A program made the translations under genes and the position numbers. The notes below the pieces were generated by a model. The model was not told the DNA's origin, ran no database searches, and saw only the letters and a list, made by a program, of their open reading frames with translations. Of a stretch of 64,000 nucleotides of DNA, positions 36,810-50,849 are shown one piece after another (the stretch's first letter is position 1; the number at the start of each line of letters is the position of its first letter). The stretch is taken from the NCBI RefSeq assembly GCF_963506605.1, contig NC_083282.1, positions 44,640,001-44,704,000 on the forward strand, written 5' to 3'. Source of the DNA: Zootoca vivipara (taxonomy: Eukaryota).

Positions 36810-38470
36810 GTGCAGGAGAAGTACGTTTCTTCAGGCGAGAGGGCGACTCCTTAAAGAGACCCTAGTTCTCCTGGAAACAGAATTGGCCTACGCCTCCATG
36901 GACAGCTGTGAGTCCAAAATGACTCCCAGGCTGCACACCTCAGGGACACAGTTACCCCATTCAGGACCAGGGAGTCCTCCACACCTGCCCGCCTCCTGTC
37001 CCCCCAAAACAGTACTTCTGTCTTGTCAGGATTCAACCTCAATCTGTTACCCGCCATCCATCCTCCAACTGCCTCCAGACACTCACACAGGATCTTCACT
37101 GGTTCTGATTTGAAAGAGAGGTAGAGCTGGGTATCATCCACATACTGATGAACACCCAGCCAAACCCCCCGTTGATCTCTCCCAGCGGCTGCACGTAGAT
37201 GTTGAAAAGCATGGGGGAGAGGACAGAACCATGAGGCACCCCACAAGTGAGAGCCTAGGAGTCTGAACACTCATCCCCCACCACCACTTTCTGAACACGG
37301 CCCAGGAGGAAGGAGCGGAACCACTGTATAACAGTGCCCCCAGCTCCCAACCCCTCTAGACGGTCCAGAAGGATGTTATGGTCGATGGTGTCAAAAGCCG
37401 CTGAGAGATCCAGCAGAACTAGGAAACAGCTCTCACCTTTGTCCCTAGCCCGCCGGAGATCATCAACCAGTGCGACCAAGGCAATTTCATTCCCATGATG
37501 AGGCCTGAATCCTGACTGGAAGGGATCCAAATGGTCCGCTTCTTCCAGGCATGCCTGGAGTTGTTCAGCAACCACTCGCTCAATCACCTTGCCCAAGAAT
37601 GGAAGATTTGAGACTGGGTGATAGTTGGCCATGTTGACCGCATCTAAAGATGGTTTTTTAAGAAGCGGTTTAATAACCACCTCTTTCAGCGGGTTTGGGA
37701 AGGCTCCCTCACAGAGAGAAGCATTCACCACCCTGTGAAGCCATCGCACAGCCCTTCCTGGCTAGCTTTTTTAAGCTAGGATGGGCAAGGATCAAGGAGA
37801 CAGGTGGTTGGTTTCACTCATCCAAGCAGCCTGTCCACATCCTCAGAGGTAACAGATTGGAATTGATCCCACACAACTTGACTAGACAGGACTCTAGCAC
37901 TCCCCCGCCTCGGCCCTGCTCCCATGGTGGAGTCTACCTCTTCCCGAATCTGAGCGACTTTATCTGCAAAAAACTTTGCAAAATCATTGCAGGAGGTCAT
38001 GTGGCCTGTACTGGGCCCCAATGGAACAGGTGGTTCTGCTAAATTGTGAACCACCTAAAAGAGTCTCCTGCTGCTGTTTTCTGCAGATGCAATAGAGGCG
38101 GTGAAGCAAGTCTTCTTTGCCGTCGCTATTGCCACTTGGTAGGCTCGACATTGAGCTCTAACCCGTGTCCAGTCAGCTTCAGAATGAGTTATCCGCCACC
38201 GGCACTCTAGCTGTCTCAGCGATTGTTTCATTGCCCTCAGATCCATGGAAAACCACGAGGCTGTCCAGGCTCCATGCAACCGGAGAGGGCGCTTCGGAGC
38301 CAAACAGTCAATAGCCCTGGTTAATTCCACATTCCAGCGGGCCACCAGGGAATCAGCTGAAAGGCCATCAACATGGAATAAAGCATGCCCTACCACTTTC
38401 TGGAAACCATTTGGATCCATTAAGTGGTGGGGGCGGACCATCCAAATCGGTCCCACCTCCCTGCAGTGGG
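36810..38470 (-). mobile_element. Fragmented L2-clade LINE ORF2 (reverse transcriptase)
   Basis: Frameshifted ORFs with PLLKKPSLD..NYHPVSNLPFLGKVIE, QSGFRP, LLDLSAAFDTIDH, YVDDTQLY, LRLNPDKTE. Confidence 0.93.
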
Positions 38471-41400
38471 GAGGCATGAATGCAGCTAACAATAATTTGG
38501 CCTGCAGTGTCAACTGCAGTTGGGCATTTTTTAAAATGTGCGTATGTGACTCTGAGTGTTTTAAATAGTTGTGTCCTGGGAAAGGTATGTTTCACCAAAT
38601 TTGTTTCACTAGAATTCGTTCCTATCCTGACTGTCTTCCCAGAGAAGACTTAGCAGCAAAGACTCATAAAAAACGATGAGAAAGTAAGCAGAGCAAGAGG
38701 AGAGCTAGGTTCTTGGTGTGGGTGATTGAACTGGTGGTGACATTCTTTGGGTTAGAAAGAGGATCTAAGGAATGGTTGGGGGAAAGTAAACACAGGACAA
38801 GTGAGAGCTAGCTAGGAACATAAATTTTCCCAGCTGCTTTCGGATGACTTGAAAGCACAGGACACTGAGTTCACAGGGGAAATTCATGACTTGCCACCTC
38901 CCTGCTAGGTCAGGAATCCAGGAATAGATCTTATGTGACTATTAGTAGGAGTTTCCCATCTGTTACAAGGATCTGAGGCTGTAAGGGAATAGCAGGGAAC
39001 TCCACTCTTGTGACTGCACACATGCAGCGCAGGGTATCTCATGGAAGGCAACTGAAAATCAGTATCATTGTCTTAGCACTTAAGGGGAAATTCTAAGAGA
39101 TTAAACAGAAGAGGAAGTTTTAGAAAATGACTGTGAATGGATAGTCATGATGGATTTCATTTGAGATTTTCTCACAGAAGAGAGGTGCTGTACGGGTAGT
39201 TAAAAAGGTATAATAAAAAGGAAGTGTGAGGAGAGCAAGAAGACTAATGGGAATATTTAATGGTGGGGAAGTAAAACCATAATGAATGAATTATGATATC
39301 CTGAAGAAAAATAGTGATTAGCAAAGGTCAGTTGTGTTCACACTCCCATTTACTGTGCCCTCACTGCATTTCTGATCCTGGATTTTTAATCTGTGTTCAC
39401 ACAACACTATCCAAAATGCATACCAGTATGTATCCTGTACTTATAAAATACTAGTTTGATGTGTTGTTTCTCAAACCTGCTTAATACAGATTGGAGCCCT
39501 TAAGCTGCTCCTACGGTAATTCTTCTCTAGCAAAAGTGATAACACCTTTGCATAGAGTAAAGACACCCCCTCCCCATTTGTGAAACACAAACAGAAATGA
39601 ATCTGACATTAATGAAGTCATGCTGATGTGAATAGCTAGCAGGGTTGGTGGGGGGTGGGAAAAGCAATGAAATGCACTAGGGAAAAACAACAACTTCAGT
39701 GCACTTTGAGGTGGTAATGTGAACCCAGCCTTTGCTTTGGGTTCCTTGATCTATCTGGCAGACCTTAATTCGAGAAATAATATGACAAATGATGGATCTA
39801 TATGATGGTTTTGTGTGCCTTTTCAAATGACATTCTCTTGTGGTCTTTGTGTGTGTACCTTACACATCCCACAATATATTACTTTGGATTTACATTACTT
39901 CACCAATTATTGCATAAATCCATCCTTCCCTTTTTTCATCCCAAATAGGAGCCAACATACACCAGATTTAGGCTTCCTTCCTTAATTGAGGTTATCTGCT
40001 GTTCAGCCAGTTACATGCTGACTCTCTACTGTTTGCCTTCAGAGTTATTTAAACAAGCCTTGAAATATTTGCACAGTCTGTTAAATTCCATGATGAGGTG
40101 GAAAGGTCTTCTCTCTCTACCTTTATCCTTTGTCACTTTACAGAAGTTCAGAGCTTTTGTAAATTCATTCATATGCAAAAAGGTTCTAGTCAGAGATACT
40201 GGCAGGACAGTATGTGATTGCCAGAATATAAAGGGACAGATCAGGAATAGAATAATTCCCCTTAGCAGGCAAAACGACCCACCAACCCATTTTGAGGCAT
40301 GTCCTCATTTTTCTAGGATCCAGCAGGAAGGGAAGCTGCAAACCCCTTGGGTACCAAACCTAATATCACCATGGTGTGGTTGCCCCCACAACTTTGATAG
40401 GAAATTAACCAGAAGGGCATTGTATGCCATCTGCTTTACCACATTGCTGTTCACCACATTTGTATTCTGTTCCTCCAGAGATCTCAGAGCAGCTATGGTA
40501 ACACATGGTTCCATGTCATCTCGGCTGCACTCAGCTAGTTAGATTCAGCAATAGAACTGGGTTAGGTACCTGTGCAGTATGGAAGTGAATTAAATGGAGA
40601 AACACAGGGTGCTTACAGACTGTCACTATTTTGGGGTGGGTTTTAATCACATACTGGCAAATTAAGGTTTCACCATTGAAGTTAATTTGGAACTGCTGCA
40701 CAAAACCATACCTTTTGCGATAAGAAAAAGTGGTGGGGAAATGCACTGGAAAATGTGAGATAAAATTTGCTTGACACAATGCCATCTAATCTTCCTGCAA
40801 ACAAATTGGAATGAAAACTCAATAAAATGGCATCTGGAAGCAACCTTGGACTCTCCTTGTCTTCGGGGAAGTGGCAGAGAGAGACATCTGGGAAGAGGCT
40901 TGGGTTCTTCTTGCCTGTGATTTTAACACCATGTTTTGTTCCGATTATCATTTACAACCTATCCTGCTGGGAACTCGTGAGAAAGCAGACAGCTTCCATT
41001 CCCGGACACATCTGATGTTTCTTAGGGACATGTGAGCATGCCTTTGAGAGTGGGGCAGAGTTGTTAACAGCTTCTGATGTGACAAACAGAGAATGAGAGA
41101 AACCCATGCCCGGAGATCAGGCCCTTGTAAATGTTTATACAAGCAGATTATTTGTAGGACCTTTCCACACTGCCCTGCATAGGACTTTTGGCATCCCTAC
41201 ATACCTTTGAGCTTTACACGTTCACAGGGCCTTGAAAAATACAAGTGCTTCGTTACTTGAACCTTTGCATACTCTGTTTTGACAGTAGCTTGACATTAGT
41301 GAATTATACTTTCTGTTATTTAAATATGTTCAAATCTGTGTCTTGGCAACAGCCTTCAAAACCCTTTGGTGCTCACTTAACATTTTCAATCTTTTCTGCA

Positions 41401-42648
41401 TAATGACGAGGGCCAAAATTTGATCTGTTCTTTTTTTAAGGGGATCTGCAATTCCTTTGGTTCAGCATAAATCAGGAGACTGGTTTTATCCTGTTGCCAA
41501 TCTCCAAATGGAATTAACACGTGCAGCCACACTACCTCTAAAGCTCTACTCATGCCCAGTTTCAATGCATTCTGGAAAAAATCAAAACTAACCTCCAGAA
41601 GTATAGCCAGCAGCGCTACAATGAATATGTGCACATTTGGCAGATATATCACAGTTTCCCATGGTTGCTGAGTACTTTTACAGCTGTTTTAGAAAAATCG
41701 AAATCATGAAAATATGAATGCTTATGTACCTCCGTATAAGTGTGCACACAGCATTTTTAAGAAGAAGAAAATGCAAGTCTCTCCTTTTCGGATTTGCCCC
41801 TCAGATTAAGAGCATTTTCTATTTAGGAGTGAAATTAACTAGGTCAGCAGCTGCTGGCAAACTCAGTGGTGCAGTGGTAAAGTCAGTGGTGCAGGTGCTC
41901 TTCAGGACGATGCCCACAGCTGCGCCCCACAGCCATACCCCTTCTGAGACTGGGGAACAAAAATGAATTTTTGATCAATGCAGATGTTATGGCTTAAATA
42001 CCAAAAGAGCCTTCCACCCTTCCCCCAGTTTGCTTAACATCCAGTCTGATGAAGAGGCTCAGCACAGATGGCAGGTGTTTTGGCCCCCTTGGACAGATAA
42101 ACTAGCTGGCTCAGTACATTTATTGACTTATTTAAGCAGCTCTCTCCTACTTGCCACTCCATAGGCATGTCAAGACCTGTTGCTGTATTCCTTGTTCTGC
42201 ACTGCTAGGGAAGGCAAGGATTTTGTAAAGGCCACCCAGGTGGGGACATGCTGCTCTGTTAGGTTGAAGGGCTGGGGGGGAGGGTCACAATGCTTCACTA
42301 GGTACTGTAACCCACAACAGAAGAGAACAATTGATCATAGATACAGGAAAATGCACTGCTATGCCCCTCTCCTTATCTGTTTTAGAGACACTTTATAACA
42401 AGTCTCACAATAGTCAGATTAGGGTAATGTTCATTTTCTTTTCTGGAAAGAGTCAAACAACAAAAGCCAGCAAAAGTTACGTTGGTAGATGCCAGCTCTT
42501 TAAAGCTATTGGATTTCACTTCCCTCCTCTACCTGGGATAATAGAACTCCAGAGTCTGGGTCCTTCTGGCCCTCTTGACCTAAGCCACAAAGCCTACGGT
42601 TCTCACAGAACATGAAGTCCTTGTTCCCAAGCCCCTTGTTCAAACAAC

Positions 42649-42652
<4 letters not shown>

Positions 42653-42683
<31 letters not shown>
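42653..42683. repeat. (CA)n microsatellite
   Basis: About 15 CA units. Confidence 0.95.
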
Positions 42684-42689
<6 letters not shown>

Positions 42690-45149
42690 ACTCCTATCTT
42701 ATTCCAGCAAGCTAAACAGCATTTATCTGTGACATAGCTCATGGCACACTAAGGTCTCACTCTAAATGTATCAGGTGCCCAGGGCATTCTGAATTCCAAC
42801 CAGCAAATGAATCGAGCAAGGGAAAACTGAAGCCTACAGCCGAAGTACCGTATATATCCCACCTTTCTTTCACAATGGAACTCAAGCAGCCAAAGTGTAT
42901 AGATTATCAGGAGGTCTCCCAGCTAGACGCTAACCACGCCCAGACCTGCTTAGCATCAGTTATATTTCTAAATCATGTTCCTTCATATCATAGCTCTAGG
43001 TGAGACACCCTAGCAGAAAGGCATTGCATATTATTCACTTGTACCTATATTACATGGTTCTGGTTTACACTGCTTATGTTGCTTACAGAAATACATAGGG
43101 TTTCCTGCATTGGCAGGGGGGTGGACTAGGTGATCATTGAGGCACCAAATCTGTGACTTTTTTATTTGTATTTGGTCATTTGCAGAGGTGTACCTGGGCT
43201 CCCTTGTGCCCTTGGCAAGATGATGTATCGGCAAAGAGAAGTGCAATTTTTGTGCTCTACTGGGCCTGCACCCTTGGTGGGGGGGGGGGCAACTTAGCCA
43301 ACCTCTAGGTATGCCTCTGGCCATTTGCTTCTTCCAGGCCTCTGTGTGTATTGTGTGTGGATGGGGAACTTGTGGAGATGTTGTAGGATTTCTGCTTCCA
43401 TCATCACTGGCCTTGCTGACCAGGGTGGATGGAAAGTCCAGCAACATCTGGAGGGCCACAAGTTCTTCAAATGGCCTGCCGCTAGGAATGCATTGTCCAC
43501 CCACGTTTTGCCTTTTAAAAACCCTCTTGGAAGAATTACACCAGTGCACACCCTAATGAGCAATGAATGTGTATGCTTATAAAGAAACAAAGAAACGTGT
43601 TATTTCCCATCATGGAAATTATGGAGCCCATCTGCCCAAATGAGCACAGCAGAATCTGCACAATTGTGCAAAACATAATCAAGGAAATTCCCTGCAAACC
43701 TTACCTTTTGAACTGGGAGAAATACTGAAAGAGTTGGGGCAGGGGTGTGGGATGTAGCTAACAAAAACATACTCAAGTCTAGATTCTAGAAATCACACCT
43801 GTGGCTTCAGACTTTTCTGGGATATCTGCCCAGTTTGGATAGTAGTGAATTGAAACATCAGTCCTTTGGTTCCATTTCATGCACACACATACCATGTCCT
43901 CAGAATAGTGAGGCTGGTCCATTGTATGTAAAGAGGGGTGGTTCCCAAGATTAGCAGACCAGGTGCCCCTGGGTTAAGTGCATCTTAAAGATACCACAAA
44001 ATGGCACTGATTCATCAAATTAGACATGGCATGGTCTGTCATCAGGAAGGATCCCCTCTTTCATTTTTTTAAAGTAAAAGAAGCTGGTAGGCAGATGGGG
44101 ATCAGGACCATGATGCTGGGGGGCAGAGGGTTTAATTTTCTTCTCCCCTTGCTGTTTTCCCAATTTAAATGCCTCCCTTCCAAAGCTTCTCTTTGCTCCA
44201 AGGTGGGGGGGGGGGGAAGAGATATGCTCACAGAGGGACTTAGGGACAGCTGACCTGTATTGCAAAGCCCAGACTGAAGCTAAAAATTGCCCTCACTTCA
44301 GCAGGGGATACAGCTGATTGTTCTGAATCAAAGTTAGTCAGAGCGGAAGGAACAGAGATCCCCTTAATCCATCCAGCCATGAGCTGGAGCAAATCTTTGT
44401 TATGCTTTCCCCCAAGAAGAGGTATTGGAAATACAACCCCTTGGCATGGCCCCATGGATCCAAGCTGCTCATTGTCTGTAGGTCAGCAGCTGCAGAGAGC
44501 TGGCTGGGGCCCATGTGCTCTGTGATGATTTAACAGTGCCCGCCCCCACCTCCCAGGCCTTTGCTTTTAGTATACAAGTAATAACTTCCCATTCCAAAGC
44601 CAGAATAGAGTGGTGGTTGTAGAACACAGCCTGCTATTCCCAGAAGGCGCGTGGGGTTATCTGAGTGTTATTTTTAGGAAATATCATCAGCATAACCAGC
44701 CTGCAGAAATAAAAGCTAAATAAACAAAGCTGCATTCCTGGGCTACTAGGCTAAACCCATTAGAGTTCCTGCAACCGATACACTGAGGATATACAAGTAA
44801 GCCAGAGAGTTGACCCCAAAGAAGCTCACTATTTTTAGCTCTGTTTGTATAGTTCCAGTCTTTGCAAGTAATAAGTGTTCCCAGACTCCCAGTGCTTAAT
44901 TTGCTTTCTGGTAATGGCAACATGTTTTATTTAATTTATTTTCAGCATATGTACGGTATGCTGCCTCGTAATATAAAGTTCTCTGGGTGGATTACAATAA
45001 ATAAGAAAACACAACATGTTAGATCTAGTGTTGAGCGTGTGGACTTCTCTTTGTGCAATGGACTTCTCTTCCCTTTCCGATTCTCCTTCTGCTGTCCCCA
45101 GATCTATTTTGGAGTGTCCCCTAACCCTCTAGAGCAGATTTTGGGAGGT

Positions 45150-45479
45150 GCCATGCTCTGCCCAACTCAGGGAGGGAGGGAGGGAGGGGAGAGCGAGTCA
45201 GCGGCCCGTCAGCTCCCCAGCCCAGCGAACTCTGCCCACACATGGAGCTTGCTAGGCTGGGGAGAGTGAGGCAGTGGCCCATCACCTATCCAGCCCAGCG
45301 AGCTCCGCCTCCGTGCGCGGCCCAGCCCCACCGTCCACTGTTGAGTGGCGGATGGCAGCCAGCAGCATGGGGCCTCTCCGCAACGGCGGCTGCTATCAGT
45401 GGAGGGGCCAGGGGGTGCTGCCCCCCGCAGAGTGGAGCGCGGGGCGGCCCGCCCCCCCACCCCCGTTACGACGCCCCTG
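45150..45479. mobile_element. GC/CpG-rich hAT-like element fragment (right end only)
   Basis: Ends in GTTACGACGCCCCTG (reverse complement of a CAGGGGCGTC TIR); abrupt GC-to-AT boundary; no left TIR or TSD found. Confidence 0.55.
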
Positions 45480-48400
45480 ATAAGAAGAATTACTTAGTTG
45501 GGTATGAAATAAGGGGCCTGCATTTTGTGTGTGTGTGTGTTGTAATGTAGTTATTCATTTTCATATTTAAACTTTTTTAACATGGTTGTGTTGAGATACA
45601 GCTTTGTTTACATAGGAGCATATGACATGAAGCAATTACATAAAATTCAAATTTAAGCAATAAACACTCAGATAAACATTTCTGAACATATTAGCAAAGT
45701 TGTTTCAAAGTGTATGTACCAAAATTATTGCAGATATCAAAAATCCCTGATCTACCGTAGTTTCCAACATTCTGTTTCCAACAGGGGTCAGCCAAATGTC
45801 TATGGAAAATTTGTGTAGAAAACTGAACCACAACTGGACCATAGGGCAGTGGTTTTTCAGCTGTTCTGTGTTACCACATTGCCTTGGTAGCAAATTAATA
45901 GCTAGTAGATCACATATTGCAGGCACACAGGAAAGGAAGAGGGTCAGGCCAGGAACCCATTATAGCTAGGAAGAGGCAACACATGAGATGAGCAGTACCA
46001 AAAACATGCTCCTGTGGCACTTGTAGTGAGAAAGGAATGTGGGCATGATGGGGCAGAAGCTTAGCTGGTAGCACAGGAGGATACCTAACATGGAACACCT
46101 ATCTGGTAGGAAGGGGGTTTTCCTGGGAAGCTGAGGATGACTAAGGGCTTAGAAATGGGTAGCTAGAGCCAGCTGGCTTCCGTCCAACTGCTTCTTGTGA
46201 AGCTCGCCGAGCTCCAGACCACAGAGGTGGGAAAGGAAACTGAGATCATCCAGTCTGTTGCCATGTGCCAGGCCAGGAAATCCCTCTGCACTACATTCCT
46301 GAGTGCTGAGTCTAGTGTGACTTCAGATACCATGTTCACTGCTCTCTTTTCACAGTCTGTTTCTCAGCTTGATCTGTTTCTCTAACTTGATAGTAGGCCT
46401 AAACATTAACAGTTTTTTCTAATCACAGCAGCATACCTTGTCCTTTCCTGGGGGTTGCAGGCCTGTGTTTCCAGTATGGTGGGTTGGAGACAACTAGTGG
46501 AGGCTAAAACTTTATGGATGTTGAGGTTTTATCAATGGATATAGGAGGCAGAAAAGCAAAAAAATGTGATATGTGTATATAACTTCAACATAGAATGATG
46601 TAACCAGTTGTTGAAAGTTTGAAATTGCAGCCAAGTTACTTTTATGTATTCCCCACCAGCACCACTTTCGAAAACAAGCTATGGACATGTCTGCTTCAGG
46701 TGATTCGAACTATACTACTGGTTTCTGTTTACAACAGAAATACCAACCACAATGAGAAGACGTTTGAGTTATAATTGCAATGTACAGTCACCTTTCATGA
46801 ATGGTCTGACTAGTTTCCAAATAAGCAACTCCTGCTGTGGTTTCCAGCCTGGGAATGGATGAGAATTCTGTTCAGTCTGCGTGCACTGAACTGATCTGTT
46901 TTGAACTTCCTGGACAAATGCCAAGATTGGAACACAACAGTGGGGACTGGCTGGCACACATTGGAGCAGGCAAGAGACCAATAGGAGGTAGAGCCAGGGC
47001 CAAGGACAGGCAGAGCCACCCACCTGACTGGTTGTAAATAAGAAGGCAGGCAGGTTGGGGGCTGGTTGAAGTTTGTGGGGCAATGTCCAGTTTGCTGAAA
47101 TGGACCAGCCTCCAGTGGATAATTATCCTTCGATTTTTTCCAATTTTTATTATAAAATTCTTGTTGAACACCCTACCCACAAAATGTTTTAAAAAAACAA
47201 CCTCCTGTAGTTTATGATAAAAAAACTTTTAGAAATGTGTACATTTCAAGAAAGTTGTATTTAAATAACTTTTGTGATATGTATTTAAAATCAAATTTTG
47301 CAAGGATTTTTTTTTAAACTACAGATTAATTTGAAAACAGGAAGGAACAAACTAATGAGTAAACACATGTGAGATAGATGTGGAATAGAAATAGACTGAT
47401 CTGTCTATCCTATTCCAGTCAAGAATCAGATGAAGGCCAGTATCATTGTATGATATTGGCCAACAAAATTGGATCATCTTAACCAGATGTGCACCAAGAA
47501 GTCATTGCAATAAAAGCCCCTGTTATCAGACACTAGCCCTGCCTGAAGATTTCAGGCTCCTAATCAACTCTGTGTTAAATGGTTCCTTGCTGTGGCCTTT
47601 TTATCTCACAATACAAATGCCAACTTTTTTTTCTGACATGGTGCCTATGACAGCTCAAGGGCAAGTTGAAATTCACCCTGTGAAGTTTTGCCTGTCTGTC
47701 ACAGGAAATCTGCCAGAAAAAGAAGGTGGCAATTTTATTTAACCCAACAGCTTTTTTTCTTAAACCCCCCCCACACACACCTTTCCTAATAAGCTATACT
47801 GTTAATCACTTTTGTAGACCCTTAACCTTTGTAGTTTGACATTAAATACCAGATTGTCAATAGGGCTTAGGATCACAAAGGCAGGAAATTTTCACACCTT
47901 CTCTATGGCATCCTTTGCCTCTGAGTTTACCCCCCCAAACCCAAACCCTTTGCTGGAATCTGTAGAAAGCTCGGCATCTAAATGCAAGTGGCTGTTTTCA
48001 GGCTGTAACCAAGCCTTGAGTAATGCCCAACTTCTCAAGAATCTCTGCTGCACTGGTTCTCATTTGGGTGCTGCATTCAGCTGCATTCAGCTGCAATTTT
48101 CTTATGCAGCCTGTGCATTGCCGATATTATGAAGAAACAGGAAGGGTGAGGCATTTACAATTCCCGTCTCTCTTCCTCCTCCTTCTCCACCTCTTCCATC
48201 TCTGTATGTCAAAAGCTGCTCTTTGGCATGGTTTCGCATGTCACAAGATTGCCTTTGCACTGGCATGACATAGATGCTTCTGCAGCTGATTTATTTAAAA
48301 AAATAAGCTATAAAATCCATAAATGTTGGCTCCTTCTCCAGTCTGGCACAGACAGCTTCTATGGCTGGCAGAAATCCCCACTACCTATGTACATTGCTAC

Positions 48401-48794
48401 TACTGTCTAAAGAAGGATAGGGACTTCTCTTACCAAGTTGCAGTGGAAGGGGAAGGCTATTCCTAGCTATACAGTATGTTCATCCCTTAGCATCAATCCA
48501 AGTATAATACAGTTTGGCAGGAAAGAAGGGCATGTTCCCTGCCTCACTTTGCCCAAAGTGCTCTGTCCTTAGTGTTATCAAGGATGAAGGATAAATATGC
48601 ACCATCAAGTTGCTGCACATGCTGTTGTTGAATATCCTGGGTATTCTGCACAGTATCCTGCTTCTCCCTCCCAATGTTTTGATGTGTTGTCCCTCCTCTT
48701 TCCCCAAGTCAGTTTCCTTAACTTTCCAAGACATTGCCTCCCAGTCCTCACCTTTGCATCCCAGAAAGCTTTCCCCACTAGATATGCTGCACTG

Positions 48795-48985
48795 CAGTAG
48801 GTAGCGTGATGGATTAGAACTGAGGGGACCCAGGTTGAAATCCCTACTCAGCCATGAACTTCACTGGCTGACCATCAGCCCAGGCATCATCTCTTACTCT
48901 GACCTATGTAACAGGGCTGCTGAGAGAATAAAATGGGAGTGTGGGTAAGAGGACCACGTTTGCCATCTTGAACTCCTTGGAGGAA
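48795..48985 (+). mobile_element. tRNA-derived squamate SINE (Squam3-like)
   Basis: B-box-like GGTTGAAATCC, CAGCCATGAACTTCACTGG body, GGAGGAAAGGTGGGATAT tail. Confidence 0.65.
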
Positions 48986-49023
48986 AGGTGGGATATGACA
49001 AATACTGTATCTCTTTGGCCTGC

Positions 49024-49065
<42 letters not shown>

Positions 49066-49981
49066 AGCAAGATAAATGAGTCAGGTGATAGGTGCATTCA
49101 CACCATTTGGGATAAAGTTCCCTAGTATGATGACCAGTCAACTGTCATAAAATAACAAACCAGTGTGAAGTACCAAGTGCTTTGGGAAGACTGTGCTAAT
49201 GTCATCTCTTCATTTAGTTGGTTGGGTGATGCAGCACATGGGGTTGTAAAAGGTTCCCTGTGTCCTTCTTTGATGTAAAAATAGCTAGTTTGTGCAAGGC
49301 TGCCATAGTAACATGTCAGTTTCCTCTTAGTGGAGACCTTTGTCATTTATGCTTTCATAATTTCCACTGTGTTAAGAATATGATTAAAAAATGACTTCTT
49401 AAGGGGTGATTACCAACTAAATGGGAAGGAAAGCTCTGTTGTGAAATACACTTGAAATTCTGTTGCCTTACAGCTTCCTGGAGTGGAGCAGTAGTGGTCA
49501 CAACCCTATTTAAAGACCTATTCATATTGTAGTTTGCTTTCTCCTTACACAGTGTCCTTTATTGCAGCATCTCTATGGTGGCCATTGTTGGTGCTCTCAC
49601 ACATTCCAGCCAACACTATATACAGACCTATAATATAGTATATACCCTGAGCCCATGTATCTGAGGAAACATCTTCAGTGGGTAACCAAGGTTTGTCCTT
49701 GACTTACTGCTTTTTGTTTGTTTGGGTTGTTTCATCTCTGGCACCAGCAACAGCAGGAGTAAGGTTTGATGTGTGAGCTGGCTGATAGTGTGTGTACAGC
49801 CAATTATTTGATTTCAAGAGTTTCTAAAAGGCAGAAAGCATGAGACCTATCAAATATCAAGTATCTAATAGCTCTTGTGTGAAGTGAAGTGAAGTGTGTG
49901 AAGAAGCTGAAGGGGGAATGTGATCAGTAGTTTCTAATAAACTCTTCTCCAGAACTTTTCTAATGCATTAATTTGATGGGT

Positions 49982-50019
<38 letters not shown>
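49982..50019. repeat. (GTT)n microsatellite
   Basis: About 12 units. Confidence 0.95.
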
Positions 50020-50020
<1 letters not shown>

Positions 50021-50629
50021 TAAAAAAACCCCACACCATTCCAGTTCTAAATGCAATTTTGTGACTTGGAGAGGAAGCTATTAATGCCATGATGATGCTA
50101 ACCATGCATCAGAATTAAAGCTTGGCTATTTGTTATGCTTTCAAACATGTCAGTTGTATCTGCTTCCTTATTTCATCTCTATGGTCTCCTTCAGGTAACC
50201 TTTTTTATTCAGCACTCATCCTGATTTGGTTGTGCAGAGTCAACACAGTGGTTAGATTAGACTGCTTGATTTTTACTGAGAATTCATTCTGATTTGCTTA
50301 CAAAATACTGACCATATGGAGTGGGGTTGTAGGAAGATCATCAGGATACCAGGATACAATTCCAGGTAATCATGAAAATAGAAGCACTAGGAGAGAACGT
50401 AGGCGCAGTGAAAGCCAAGGTTATCCAAGTTTTTATTCCCATGTCTAGGTCTGCATGCTTTTTCCCTTTTCTTTTCTAGGCTCTGTTCAACTAAATGGCA
50501 GCTCCAGTTCTCTAGAGCAAATGCTGCTTTTGATCAAGTACATGCAGAACACTAGTAGTAAACCTTAGTTTACGTAAATACAATCCTGGTAAAAACACAC
50601 ACAACATAACAGGCTGTTTTTGGCTATGT

Positions 50630-50748
50630 AACATCAAATTTTAGAGTTAGAAGGGGACACAAGGGCTATCTAGTCAATGCAGGAATCGTTTGCCCTATGT
50701 GGGGCTCAAACACACAACCCTGAGATTAAGAGTCTCATTCTCTACTGA
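50630..50748 (-). mobile_element. tRNA-Lys(CTT)-derived SINE with CR1-like tail (Squam2 / P.s.1-type), degenerate
   Basis: Minus strand GTAGAGAATGAGACTCTTAATCTCAGGGTTGTGTGTTTGAGCCCCACATAGGGCA resembles tRNA-Lys-CTT and is followed by ATTCCTGCATTG..GACTAGAT..CCCTTCTAACTCT. Confidence 0.75.
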
Positions 50749-50803
50749 GGACAAACTATTCAGTTTAAAGAGGGTTGTGCTAAATGATGAAAAGTGCATT
50801 CAT

Positions 50804-50808
<5 letters not shown>

Positions 50809-50847
<39 letters not shown>
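50809..50847. repeat. (TG)n microsatellite
   Basis: About 19 TG units. Confidence 0.95.

Positions 50848-50849
<2 letters not shown>

Noticed and set aside
42046-42080. CTGATGA as a second hammerhead core (also at ~15454)
   Set aside because: No downstream GAAA/UH or compatible stems
40015-43590. 175-aa (+) and 172-aa (-) intronic ORFs as a nested gene
   Set aside because: No domain similarity or coherent splice structure; the second crosses CR1 and MITE remnants
50692-50748. tRNA-Lys(CTT)-like sequence on the minus strand
   Set aside because: 5' acceptor strand is missing, the T-loop is mutated, and it is fused to a CR1-like tail; this is a SINE head, not a functional tRNA
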